In this document: positions 53,887 to 61,990 of the stretch, piece after piece
Layout: every line of letters starts with the position of its first letter
How positions within the stretch are numbered: the stretch's first letter is position 1
Source: an alpha proteobacterium BAL199
GTDB taxonomy: Bacteria > Pseudomonadota > Alphaproteobacteria > Thalassobaculales > Thalassobaculaceae
Direction: 5' to 3'
Length of the DNA: 64,000 nucleotides
Assembly: GCA_000171835.1 (NCBI GenBank)
Contig: ABHC01000013.1
Coordinates: 104,340-168,339, forward strand
Program-made: the position numbers and the translations under genes
The notes under the pieces: model-generated
Told to the model about the DNA's origin: nothing
The model's database searches: none
Seen by the model: only the letters and a program-made list of their open reading frames with translations

Positions 53887-55238
53887 GACGGTTTGCAGAA
53901 CCGACTGGACGGTTTGCAGAACCGGCTGGCTTGGAGGCCGTGAGCGTGATTCTATCGAGGTGTCGTCGATGGGAGGTGCTGAATGGTCGGTCAGCCAGGG
54001 TTCTTCGATCTCGAGGATCGTCTCGCCGGGTTGAGCAAGACCGGCGACCCTTTGGAGCGTCTGGCCCGGGTGGTCGACTTCGAGATCTTCCGGTCGGAGT
54101 TGGACCGGGCGCTTGGCCGGTCGGAACGTGCTGCGAAGGGCGGCCGACCTCCGAGCGACGCGGTGCTGATGTTCAAGATCCTCGTGCTGCAGGCGCTGTA
54201 CGGGATGTCGGACGAGCAGGCGGAATACCAGATCCAGGACCGGCTGACGTTCATGCGGTTCCTGGGGCTTGGGCTCGGCGACAAGGTGCCGGACTATTCG
54301 ACGATCTGGCGCTTCCGCGAGGCGCTGGTGGCGGCCGGGGCGATCGAGGCGCTGTTCGCCCGGTTCGACGCCGAGCTGAAGGATCGTGGCTACTTCGCGC
54401 TCGGCGGCCAGGTGATCGACGCCTCGATCGTGGAGGCGCCGAAGCAGCGCCTGAGCGACCCGGAGAAGGCGCGGATCAAGGCCGGTGCCACGGCCCGCGA
54501 GATCTGGCCGGACCGCCCGGCGAAGGCGGCGCACAAGGACACGACGGCGCGCTGGACGGTCAAGCGCGGCCGTCGCAAGCCGGCGACGCGGCGCGACAAG
54601 CCGGAGGCGACGTCCGAGCGCAGCGCCGAGGCGCTGCTGATCCCGATGTTCGGCTACAAGAGCCACGTCAACGTCGATCGCCGCTACCGGCTGATCCGGC
54701 GCTGGACGGTGAGCCATGCCGCGGCGCACGACGGCGCACGGCTGCCCGGCCTGCTGGACCCGGACGCCTTCGCCACCCCGGTATGGGCCGATACCGCCTA
54801 CCGCTCGAAGGTCAACGAGGCGGCCATCCGCTCGGCCGGGCGCCGGTCGATGGTGCACTTCAAGAAGCCGAAGGGGCAGCCCATGCCGGAGGCACATCGA
54901 CGCGCCAACCAGGCACGATCGAAGGTCCGGTCGTCCGTCGAGCACGTGTTCGCCGAGCAGAAGGCCCGCATGGGGCTGTTCATACGAACCGTCGGCATCG
55001 CCCGCGCGACCATCAAGATCGGCCTCGCCAACCTCGCCTACAACATGCGCCGGCTGATATGGCTGGAGACGGCGTCGCCGGCGACCTGATCGTGAGATCG
55101 GCGCTGTCACCGGCTGCAGCGAGCCAAATCCAGCTCCCGCGATTACCCGCGACACGACCCAGACCCCCAGGAAACGCCAAGTCTGCCGCTACGGCCCAGT
55201 CATGCCGTAGGCGCGGGTCGGTAGATCAAACTGTCCAG
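53887..55238 (+). mobile_element. IS5-family insertion sequence (~1.35 kb)
   Basis: Carries one DDE transposase ORF. Imperfect terminal IRs GACGGTTTGCAGAACC / GGTAGATCAAACTGTC. CAGCTG is present at both junctions (possible TSD; exact length unresolved). It interrupts the Mo-hydroxylase frame exactly between VEGQ and LLGG. Confidence 0.65.
53983..55089 (+). CDS. IS5-family DDE transposase
   Basis: 368 aa (...MFKILVLQALYGMSDEQAEYQIQDRLTFMRFLGL...YSTIWRFRE...ALGGQVIDASIVEAPKQR...), a typical IS5/InsH-like transposase. Confidence 0.85.
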   Translation: MVGQPGFFDLEDRLAGLSKTGDPLERLARVVDFEIFRSELDRALGRSERAAKGGRPPSDAVLMFKILVLQALYGMSDEQAEYQIQDRLTFMRFLGLGLGDKVPDYSTIWRFREALVAAGAIEALFARFDAELKDRGYFALGGQVIDASIVEAPKQRLSDPEKARIKAGATAREIWPDRPAKAAHKDTTARWTVKRGRRKPATRRDKPEATSERSAEALLIPMFGYKSHVNVDRRYRLIRRWTVSHAAAHDGARLPGLLDPDAFATPVWADTAYRSKVNEAAIRSAGRRSMVHFKKPKGQPMPEAHRRANQARSKVRSSVEHVFAEQKARMGLFIRTVGIARATIKIGLANLAYNMRRLIWLETASPAT

Positions 55239-55408
55239 CTGACCCTCGACATAGCTCGGGTGGATTGCCTGGCCGGCGTCCTGAACGCAGGTGTAGCGCA
55301 GGACCCGCGCGATCCCGAGGTCGACATCCACCTCCACGTCGCAGACATGGGTGGCGAACCCGCCCTCGGCCCCGGTGGTGTTCAATTGGGTACCGGCACC
55401 GATCGGCC
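55239..55408 (-). pseudogene. Internal fragment of the same Mo-hydroxylase large-subunit gene, between the IS5 and IS21 insertions
   Basis: GGFATHVCDVEVDVDLGIARVLRYTCVQDAGQAIHPSYVEGQ matches the conserved ...VEVD...NP..VEGQ segment and is contiguous in sequence with the 53551-53886 fragment once the IS is removed. Confidence 0.55.
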
Positions 55409-55560
55409 TGTGCGGATTCCGACGATGCCGGCCACCTATTCCGATTTGAAGGCGGCCACCTATTCCGATCCGATGCCGGCCGGCGTTCCGATTTGATGCC
55501 GGCCACCTGAGGCACGCTCCTCCGGGTCGTGGGGGATGATGTTCGGGCGGTGTCGGACGG

Positions 55561-56316
55561 TCAAGTCGCGGCGGCCGCGGCGACCTCCGGGGGCCGCTTC
55601 TTTCGCAGGCTGTCACCCCTGAGCTCGATGCGGTGGGCGTTGTGGACCAGGCGGTCGAGGATGGCGTCGGCGATGGTGGGATTGCCGATGACCTCGTACC
55701 AGCGGTCGACCGGCAGTTGGCTGGTGACGATGACCGAGCGGGCCTCGTAGCGGTCCTCGACGATCTCCAGGAGGTCGCGGCGCTGCTCGGCGTCGAGCGG
55801 CTCCGGCCCCCAGTCGTCGAGGATCAGCAGGTCGAGCCGGGCGAGCGAGCGCAGCATGCGGGCGTAGCGGCCGTCAGCCCTGGCAGTGGCGAGGGCGGCG
55901 AACAGCCGCGGCATGCGGTGATAGGCGACGGCGAGGTCCTCCCGGCAGGCCTTGTGGCCGAGGGCACAGGCAAGCCAGCTCTTTCCGGCACCACAGGGCC
56001 CGGTGAGGAGCAGATTATGACGGGCGCGGATCCATTCGCAGGAGGCGAGCCTGAGGAACAGGCCGCGATCGAGGCCGCGTGCAGCACGGTAGTCGACGTC
56101 CTCGACGCTGGCGTCGTGCCGCAGCCTGGCGGCCCGCGCCCGGCTCTCGAAGCGCTTCTGACGCCGCAGGGTGGCCTCTTGCTCGAGCAGCAGGGCGAGC
56201 CATTCGGCATGCTCGAGGTGCGTGACCTCGGGCTGGGCGTCGAGGTCCTTCATGGCCTTGGCCATGCCGTGCAGGCCGAGTTCGTGGAGCAGATCGAGGG
56301 TGGGGTGGGTCAGCAT
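55561..56316 (-). CDS. istB: IS21 helper ATPase IstB
   Basis: 251 aa with Walker A GPCGAGKSW and Walker B LLILDDWG; the conserved IstB family. Confidence 0.9.
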   Translation of the reverse strand: MLTHPTLDLLHELGLHGMAKAMKDLDAQPEVTHLEHAEWLALLLEQEATLRRQKRFESRARAARLRHDASVEDVDYRAARGLDRGLFLRLASCEWIRARHNLLLTGPCGAGKSWLACALGHKACREDLAVAYHRMPRLFAALATARADGRYARMLRSLARLDLLILDDWGPEPLDAEQRRDLLEIVEDRYEARSVIVTSQLPVDRWYEVIGNPTIADAILDRLVHNAHRIELRGDSLRKKRPPEVAAAAAT

Positions 56317-56330
56317 GTTCGGGATCTCCG

Positions 56331-57866
56331 TCAGTGGAAGTAGCCGGGGCCACGCAGATTGGGATGGTCGATCACCACGGTGTCGGGAGCCGGCGGCTGG
56401 CGATCGCGCCGGGCGGCGATGAGGGCGGCGATGCTCTTGTAGGTGAACGCGCCGCGGGCGACGGCCTCAGCCGCTATCGCCTCGGCATGCCGCGGCCCGA
56501 AGTCCTTGAACAACCGCAGCACGCCGAGGCAGGTGCGGAAGCCCTGCTCGGGATGCGGCCGGTTGGCGAGGATCGCCAGGACCAGGCCCTCGGTGTTGGG
56601 GCCGATCGCGCGCGCCCAGCGCCGGAACCGCTCCGGCGTCCACTCGGCGTAGCGCCGGTGCGCGCTCGGCATGTGGTCGGGATCGGTGCCGTGCCGGCGA
56701 CCGCCGTAGCGGCGCTGATGGACGGCGACCCGCCGGCCGCGATGGAACACCTCCACCGTGCGGGCGGTGGCGCGGATGTCGACCTGCTCGCGGATCAGGC
56801 CGTGCGGGACGGAGTAGAAGTAACCGGCGACCTCGACGTGATAGTCCGGGGACACTCGGGCCAGCCGCCACTCGGCGAACTCGTAGTCGGTGTCCGGCAG
56901 GGCGGCGAGCGCTGGCCGCTCGACGGTCTCCAGCAGATCCCGCCGGGACACGCCGAGCCGGCGCATGACGTGGCCGTTGAGCTGCTCGAGGACCTCGGCG
57001 ATCGCCGCGTTCGCCTCGGCCAGCGAGAAGAAGGTCCGATGGCGCAGCCGGCCGAGGATATAGGTCTGCGCCAGCCGCACGCCGGCCTCGACTTTGGCCT
57101 TGTCGCGCGGGCGGCGCGGCCGCGTCGGCAGGACGCCCACACCGTAGTGCGCCGCCATCATGCCATAGCTGCGGTTCAGCTCGGGGTCGTAGAACGAGGC
57201 CTTGTGCACGCCGGATTTCAGATTGTCGGGCACGACCAGGCGCGGCACCCCGGCGAAGTGTCGAAACATCCGGACATGGGCGCCGATCCAGTCCGCCAGG
57301 CCCTGCATCCAGGTCGCCTCGGCGTAGGTGTAGTTCGACGCGCCGAGCACGCCGACGAAGATCTCGGCCTCGTGCACTACGCCGGTGGCGGCGTCGACGA
57401 TCGCCAGCTTCTTGCCGGAGTAGTCGACGAACACCTTGTCGCCGGCGGCATGGTGCTGGCGCATCACCGGCGACAGTCGCCGCTCGAACTCCCGGAACAG
57501 GTCGCAGAACCGGCTGTAGCCGTAGCCGTCGGGGTGAACCTCCCGGTACTCCTCCCAGAGCACGGTCAGGTTGACGCCGGGGCGCTTCAGCTCGCAGGCC
57601 AGCGACGCCCAGTCCGGCTCGGTCCGCCGGCGGAACCCGCGACGCGCACCGGCGCGCGCGAACAGCCGCTGCTCCAGCCAGTCGTCGGTCAGCTCGCCCG
57701 GCAGCGGCCAGCTCAGCCCGGCCGCATTGGCCCGGTTCAGGTTGTCCTGGATCGTGCTGCGCGCCGCCCCGAGCGTGCGCCCGATCTCGCGCGCACTCAC
57801 CCCGTCATGGGCCAGCCGCAGCATCTGTCGTATCTGTCGCATGGTCAGCTCTCGCTTCGCCGGCAT
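56331..57866 (-). CDS. istA: IS21 transposase IstA
   Basis: 511 aa with N-terminal HTH and DDE integrase core (typical IstA); ends 14 nt upstream of istB. Confidence 0.9.
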   Translation of the reverse strand: MPAKRELTMRQIRQMLRLAHDGVSAREIGRTLGAARSTIQDNLNRANAAGLSWPLPGELTDDWLEQRLFARAGARRGFRRRTEPDWASLACELKRPGVNLTVLWEEYREVHPDGYGYSRFCDLFREFERRLSPVMRQHHAAGDKVFVDYSGKKLAIVDAATGVVHEAEIFVGVLGASNYTYAEATWMQGLADWIGAHVRMFRHFAGVPRLVVPDNLKSGVHKASFYDPELNRSYGMMAAHYGVGVLPTRPRRPRDKAKVEAGVRLAQTYILGRLRHRTFFSLAEANAAIAEVLEQLNGHVMRRLGVSRRDLLETVERPALAALPDTDYEFAEWRLARVSPDYHVEVAGYFYSVPHGLIREQVDIRATARTVEVFHRGRRVAVHQRRYGGRRHGTDPDHMPSAHRRYAEWTPERFRRWARAIGPNTEGLVLAILANRPHPEQGFRTCLGVLRLFKDFGPRHAEAIAAEAVARGAFTYKSIAALIAARRDRQPPAPDTVVIDHPNLRGPGYFH

Positions 57867-57949
57867 CCCGCCCTCTCCTCGTCACTGGACGAGGCGAGCG
57901 TGATGCCCGAGGTGCTGACCCAGAAGGGCGCGCCGGGACCGTCAGCCAG

Positions 57950-58068
57950 GTGGCCGGATAAATCTCGGAACGGTGGCCGGCTTCATGTCGGAATGGTAGC
58001 CGGCTTCAAATCGGAACCCCGGCCGGCTTCACGTCGGAATACCCGGCCGGCTTGTGTCGGAATCCGCA
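57950..58068. repeat. IS21 right-end multimeric terminal repeats (4-5 copies of ~23-bp TCGGAANNNNGGCCGGCTTCANN); inverted copies at the left end 55411-55500
   Basis: Seen directly; matches the known multi-repeat IstA-binding termini of IS21-family elements. Confidence 0.55.
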
Positions 58069-58086
58069 GGCCTGGAGTTGAGCCAG

Positions 58087-58206
58087 ACAATGGGCGGGTC
58101 TTCGGGCGTCTTGCTGGCGATCTTCTTCTCCGCCGCCGGGGACGCGGCCACGAACGGGGAGGATATGACGGGGGCGCTGATGCACGGCCTCGACCGCATC
58201 ATTTAG
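58087..58206 (+). pseudogene. dhaL: Fragment of a dihydroxyacetone kinase DhaL-like (DAK2 domain) gene, cut at the 5' side by IS21 and at the 3' side by IS630
   Basis: GGSSGVLLAIFFSAAGDAA resembles the DhaL GGxSGPLxxTFF motif. It continues, in the same frame, into the 59262-59501 fragment. Confidence 0.4.
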
Positions 58207-58296
58207 AGCACTTTCTCAGCTGATTGAATCGTAGGGGATTCCCGGACGGCTCGATTTCTGATTCAAGATACAGGCTGGTGAAGGAGGCCAGCCTGT

Positions 58297-58677
58297 ATGA
58301 CGCGACCTCTTTCGATGGATATCCGCACCCGGCTGATTTCGGCGGTTGTGGGCGGCATGACCCGGCGATCGGCGGCGAAGCGGTTCGGGGTAGCTCCCTC
58401 GACGGCGGTCAAATGGGTCGATCAGAGGGAGCGGACGGGCGGCGTTGAGCCGCGCCCACAGGGTGGCGATCACCGCTCTCACCACATCGAGGCTTACGCT
58501 GACGAGATCCTGGGCCTGATCGAGGTCCGGCACGACATCACCCTGGCGGAGATCGTCGAGCACCTGGATCGTGAGCACGGGCTGACGGTGGCGCAGAGCA
58601 CCGTGTGGCGTCTGCTCGACCGTCACGGCATGACCTTCAAAAAAAACCGCGCACGCCAGCGAGCAGCAGCGTCCTGA
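58297..58677 (+). CDS. IS630-family transposase, N-terminal HTH part (orfA)
   Basis: AAGGAGG SD 9 nt upstream. Ends shortly after the A8 run (58639-58646). Confidence 0.75.
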   Translation: MTRPLSMDIRTRLISAVVGGMTRRSAAKRFGVAPSTAVKWVDQRERTGGVEPRPQGGDHRSHHIEAYADEILGLIEVRHDITLAEIVEHLDREHGLTVAQSTVWRLLDRHGMTFKKNRARQRAAAS

Positions 58678-59245
58678 CGTTCTGCGGTGCCGGCGTTCCT
58701 GGTTTGCGCTCCAGCCGGAGTTGGACCCTGATCGCCTGGTGTTCATCGACGAGACCGGGGCGTCGACCAAGATGGCCCGCCGTTGCGGCCGCTCCCGGCG
58801 AGGCGAACGCTGCCGGGCACCGGTGCCGCACGGACATTGGAAGACGACCACCTTCGTCGGCGCCCTGCGGACCAGCGGCATGACGGCACCCATGGTGCTC
58901 GACGGCGCCATGCACGGCCGTGCCTTCCTGGCCTATGTCGAGCAGGTCCTGCTGCCGACGCTCAGGCCCGGCGACATCGTCGTCATGGACAACCTGCCGG
59001 CCCACAAACCCACCGCCGTGCGCCAGGCCATCGAGCGGGCCGGAGCCGAGCTGCGCTTCCTGCCGGCCTACAGCCCCGACTTCAACCCGATCGAGATGGC
59101 CTTCGCCAAGCTCAAGGCATTCCTCAAGAAGCACGCGCCGAGGACCGTCGACGACCTTTGGAACGCCATCGCCCGCGGCATCGACACCTTCACCCCGATC
59201 GAGTGCCTCAACTACTTCGCTGCTGCAGGTTATGATCGAGAATGA
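58634..59245 (+). CDS. IS630-family transposase, DDE catalytic part (orfB, +1 frame relative to orfA; no own ATG in frame)
   Basis: ...[16 protein letters not shown]...DNLPAHK...[12 protein letters not shown]... The frame is open back to 58634, overlapping the orfA A8 tract. Confidence 0.7.
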   Translation, partial: PSKKTAHASEQQRPDVLRCRRSWFALQPELDPDRLVFIDETGASTKMARRCGRSRRGERCRAPVPHGHWKTTTFVGALRTSGMTAPMVLDGAMHGRAFLAYVEQVLLPTLRPGDIVVMDNLPAHKPTAVRQAIERAGAELRFLPAYSPDFNPIEMAFAKLKAFLKKHAPRTVDDLWNAIARGIDTFTPIECLNYFAAAGYDRE

Positions 59246-59261
59246 TCGGAAAATGCTCTAG

Positions 59262-59501
59262 GTCGGTGGGGCCGCGCCCGGCGACCGGACGATGATCGAC
59301 GCCCTGGCACCCGCGCTCGCCGCCCTACGCGACGGCCTCCCCGCCGCCGCCAAGGCCGCCCGAGCCGGCGCCGACAGCACGGCGACAATGACCAAGGCCA
59401 AGGCCGGCCGCGCCGCCTATGTGCCCAAACAGAACCTCAAGGGCGTCAAGGACCTGGGTGCCGAGGCGGTCGCCCGTTTGTTCGAGGAGATATCAAGGTA
59501 A
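59262..59501 (+). pseudogene. dhaL: C-terminal fragment of the DhaL-like gene
   Basis: GDRTMIDALAPA...ATMTKAKAGRAAYV matches the DhaL GDKTMLDAL...RGRASYLGER region; same frame as the upstream fragment. Confidence 0.5.
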
Positions 59502-59517
59502 CGGCCCGTCGCGGCGC

Positions 59518-61761
59518 TCAGAATTGAGCGAATAGGAGAAAGAAGATCCGCGGATCCTTCGAGGTCTTCGACGGATCAAAGGTCGGCAAATGGGTTAGTG
59601 GAACATCAAGCTCCACCGAGCCTCCAACCCCGATCCCGAAAAAGAACCGGGTGCCGAGGCCGGTAGACGCGGCCGATGCGCTCGCGTCGCTCGATTCCGA
59701 CCAGGATTGCCCGATATCGTAGAAAACATAAGGCTCGATCAGCGGAATGTACGGGTTACCAAGGGGGATTGGCCGCGATAACTGCGCCTTTGCGGCGATC
59801 CCGTGGTCCCCGCTCAAGATACCGCTGTCATAGGCGCGGCCGTAGGAGACACCGCCAAACGTGAATACCTGAGCGGCGGGCAACGCGCTGAACGCATACT
59901 GGCCCTCGGCGGCAAGGGACAGCTTGAACTTCTGCGGTAGCTGCTGCTCACGGGTGACCTCGAACGACACTTTGCTGCCGTTCAGCCGCATCCCCGGCCG
60001 CGTGTTCACCTGATCGCCAGTCGGCCGCGCACCCAACCCGTCGATCCCGTGGGTGTATTCCAGTTCCAGAGTGCTCAACCCTCCGATATCGTCGGTCAGC
60101 GTCGTCAGCGTCCCGAAGCGGACTGTCCGGCTGCGCTCGTCGCTCGCGGTGATCGCCCCATCCAGGGCGGATGAGCTGCTGTTGTTCAGATCGAACCCCG
60201 CCGTCAGAAGCGTCGACAGCTTCGCATTGGCGAAGATCGGGTACGTAAGGTCCGCGGTCACATAGGATCCAGTGGCCCGGATATCGGAGCTCGCCAGATA
60301 GCCGGTCGGCCGCGCCACGTTGTTGCCGAACGTCACCGCTCCCACCAGCCCGCTGGATGTCAGCGGGACGACCACGGTGCCGCCGAGAAACTGCAATTCC
60401 TTCACCTGGGTCGTGACCAGGCCATAGAGCTGGATCTGCTCGTCAAAGCCGAGTTGGCCGTTCTCCTGGATCAGGAAGCCGACCTGATAGGACCCCGCTT
60501 CCGGGGTACCCCGGTTGTCCATGGCGGTAATGAAGGTCCAGGGCTTGCGCCGGAGATACACCTTCGCCTCGCCGTCGCCGTCCGGCGGAATCACGCTTTC
60601 CACGAACAGGCCCGGCACCTGGCGCAACAGGAAGATTTGCCGCTCGATATCCGCCACCCGCAGTGGTTTGCGCTCGGTGACGGCATTGACGATGTTGTCG
60701 ATCAACCCCCCGTCCGGGACGGCATCGCCGTTCAGAAACGCCGCCACGCTGTCGATGCCAAGTTCGGTAATCTCGATCGTCAAGGCTCCGTCGCGGATCA
60801 CTTGCGGCGGGACCTCGGATCGAACGCCGTAGTACCCGGCCTCGGTATAGAGACCAGCGATCCGATCGGCGAGATCATGGGCTTGGCTGACCGCCACTTC
60901 GGTCCCGATCAGTCCCGAATAGAGTTTGGCGATCGCGCCATCGTCGATCGCGGTCACCCCGGTGACGGAGACGCGCTCAAGACGGAAGCGCCGCGTGTCT
61001 GGCTCAGCCTTCGAGCGGTCCTCGCCCAGCACGGGTTGAATGGCGAGTCCGGCCGCCCCGCGACGCAGCAGGAATGCGGTCACTCGCAGCGCACCGTCGC
61101 CCATCGACCGCGCGCGCGTGGTCGCCACTTGGTACTCCGGCAGGTCGCGGGCCGCGGCGACCACGGCCTCCAAGGCCGATGTGCGGGCAGGCCCGTTGGC
61201 CAGCAGCTTCTCTACGGACGCCCTCAGGGCATTGGGGGTTTCGACCGTTCGGCCTTCCAGGTCGAAATCGACGGCTCCGATCCGGAATTCCTCGACCTCG
61301 ATCTTCAGGCTTCGGTCGCCCACATATTGGCCGGGCACGGTGACCTTGGTGAACGCGTAACCGTCGGCTCGATACTTTTCGGCAAGCTTCTCCGCCAACC
61401 CATAGACTTCGCCGAGCGTGTTCACGCGCCCCTCATGGGCTCGCAGGATCTGGGCGAGGTCGCCGGCATTGTATACCGAAGATCCGGTCACCTGGATCTC
61501 CGATACCGTGAACGACATCTGCTCCGCATTCGGCGGCAGGACGCCCCCTATCCGCGGCGGGATAACCGTGACGGGGATGCTTGCCGAGGTTACCCGTTTC
61601 TCCACGTCCCGCTTGACCGTTCGGGTCTGCTGATTGCCGAAACTTCCGGCATCCGACGCCGCACCACCGGACGTCGTGGCGGTTTGAGCCGCGACTTCCT
61701 GGTAAAACATCACTGTCAGAAGAAGTCCGATAATCGGTCCAAATGAAACTGGCCGGTTCAT
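59518..61761 (-). CDS. Two-partner-secretion outer-membrane transporter (TpsB; ShlB/FhaC/HecB/CdiB family) with signal peptide, POTRA region and C-terminal beta-barrel ending in Phe
   Basis: 747 aa with N-terminal signal peptide, POTRA-like segments, and C-terminal ...RIFFLLFAQF typical of Omp85-superfamily barrels. No TpsA partner in window. Confidence 0.75.
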   Translation of the reverse strand: MNRPVSFGPIIGLLLTVMFYQEVAAQTATTSGGAASDAGSFGNQQTRTVKRDVEKRVTSASIPVTVIPPRIGGVLPPNAEQMSFTVSEIQVTGSSVYNAGDLAQILRAHEGRVNTLGEVYGLAEKLAEKYRADGYAFTKVTVPGQYVGDRSLKIEVEEFRIGAVDFDLEGRTVETPNALRASVEKLLANGPARTSALEAVVAAARDLPEYQVATTRARSMGDGALRVTAFLLRRGAAGLAIQPVLGEDRSKAEPDTRRFRLERVSVTGVTAIDDGAIAKLYSGLIGTEVAVSQAHDLADRIAGLYTEAGYYGVRSEVPPQVIRDGALTIEITELGIDSVAAFLNGDAVPDGGLIDNIVNAVTERKPLRVADIERQIFLLRQVPGLFVESVIPPDGDGEAKVYLRRKPWTFITAMDNRGTPEAGSYQVGFLIQENGQLGFDEQIQLYGLVTTQVKELQFLGGTVVVPLTSSGLVGAVTFGNNVARPTGYLASSDIRATGSYVTADLTYPIFANAKLSTLLTAGFDLNNSSSSALDGAITASDERSRTVRFGTLTTLTDDIGGLSTLELEYTHGIDGLGARPTGDQVNTRPGMRLNGSKVSFEVTREQQLPQKFKLSLAAEGQYAFSALPAAQVFTFGGVSYGRAYDSGILSGDHGIAAKAQLSRPIPLGNPYIPLIEPYVFYDIGQSWSESSDASASAASTGLGTRFFFGIGVGGSVELDVPLTHLPTFDPSKTSKDPRIFFLLFAQF

Positions 61762-61990
61762 TCAGCGCCCCCGGTGCAAAATGTCTACGCGTGCCGTCAT
61801 CGGCTTGATGTGAGCTTCACGTACGGCGTTCAACCGGTCCCGAAGAAGGAGCTACCACGTTTCAACCACTTCGGTGAAGACCGAATGAACGTCCGCAAGA
61901 ATGCCCGATCGACCCCAACGGTTGAACCGTCCCGGGTTTTCCGGAGGCTGTTTCATTAGGGTCATCCGACCATATCGAGGGTCTCTCGGG

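Larger units (their letters stand above)
55409..58068 (-). mobile_element. IS21-family insertion sequence (istA-istB), ~2.66 kb
   Basis: Termini TGTGCGGATTCCGAC... and ...GTCGGAATCCGCA form inverted repeats (13/13 identical core). Several ~23-bp subterminal repeats occur at each end. Flanking direct repeat GGCC(TG) is consistent with a 4-6 bp TSD. Confidence 0.75.
58206..59258 (+). mobile_element. IS630-family (Tc1/mariner superfamily) insertion sequence, ~1.05 kb, flanked by TA
   Basis: Terminal IRs GAGCACTTTC... / ...GAAAATGCTC (11/12). TA on both sides (58204-58205 and 59259-59260). Transposase is split into orfA/orfB at an A8 tract. Confidence 0.7.

Noticed and set aside
58069-58206. Minus-strand continuation of the Mo-hydroxylase gene to the right of IS21 (reads ...EKKIASKTPEDPPIVWLNSRPIGAG...)
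   Set aside because: Not clearly family-like. The plus strand at the same place gives a convincing DhaL motif (GGSSGVLLAIFF) continuing in frame beyond the IS630. Kept as an open question in the findings rather than called.
56334-58223. 629-aa plus-strand ORF
   Set aside because: Entirely antisense to IS21 istA; no motifs.
61774-61959. 61-aa plus-strand ORF between tpsB and IS256
   Set aside because: Short, with no SD or motifs. The region more likely holds the tpsB promoter and the severed IS3 terminus.
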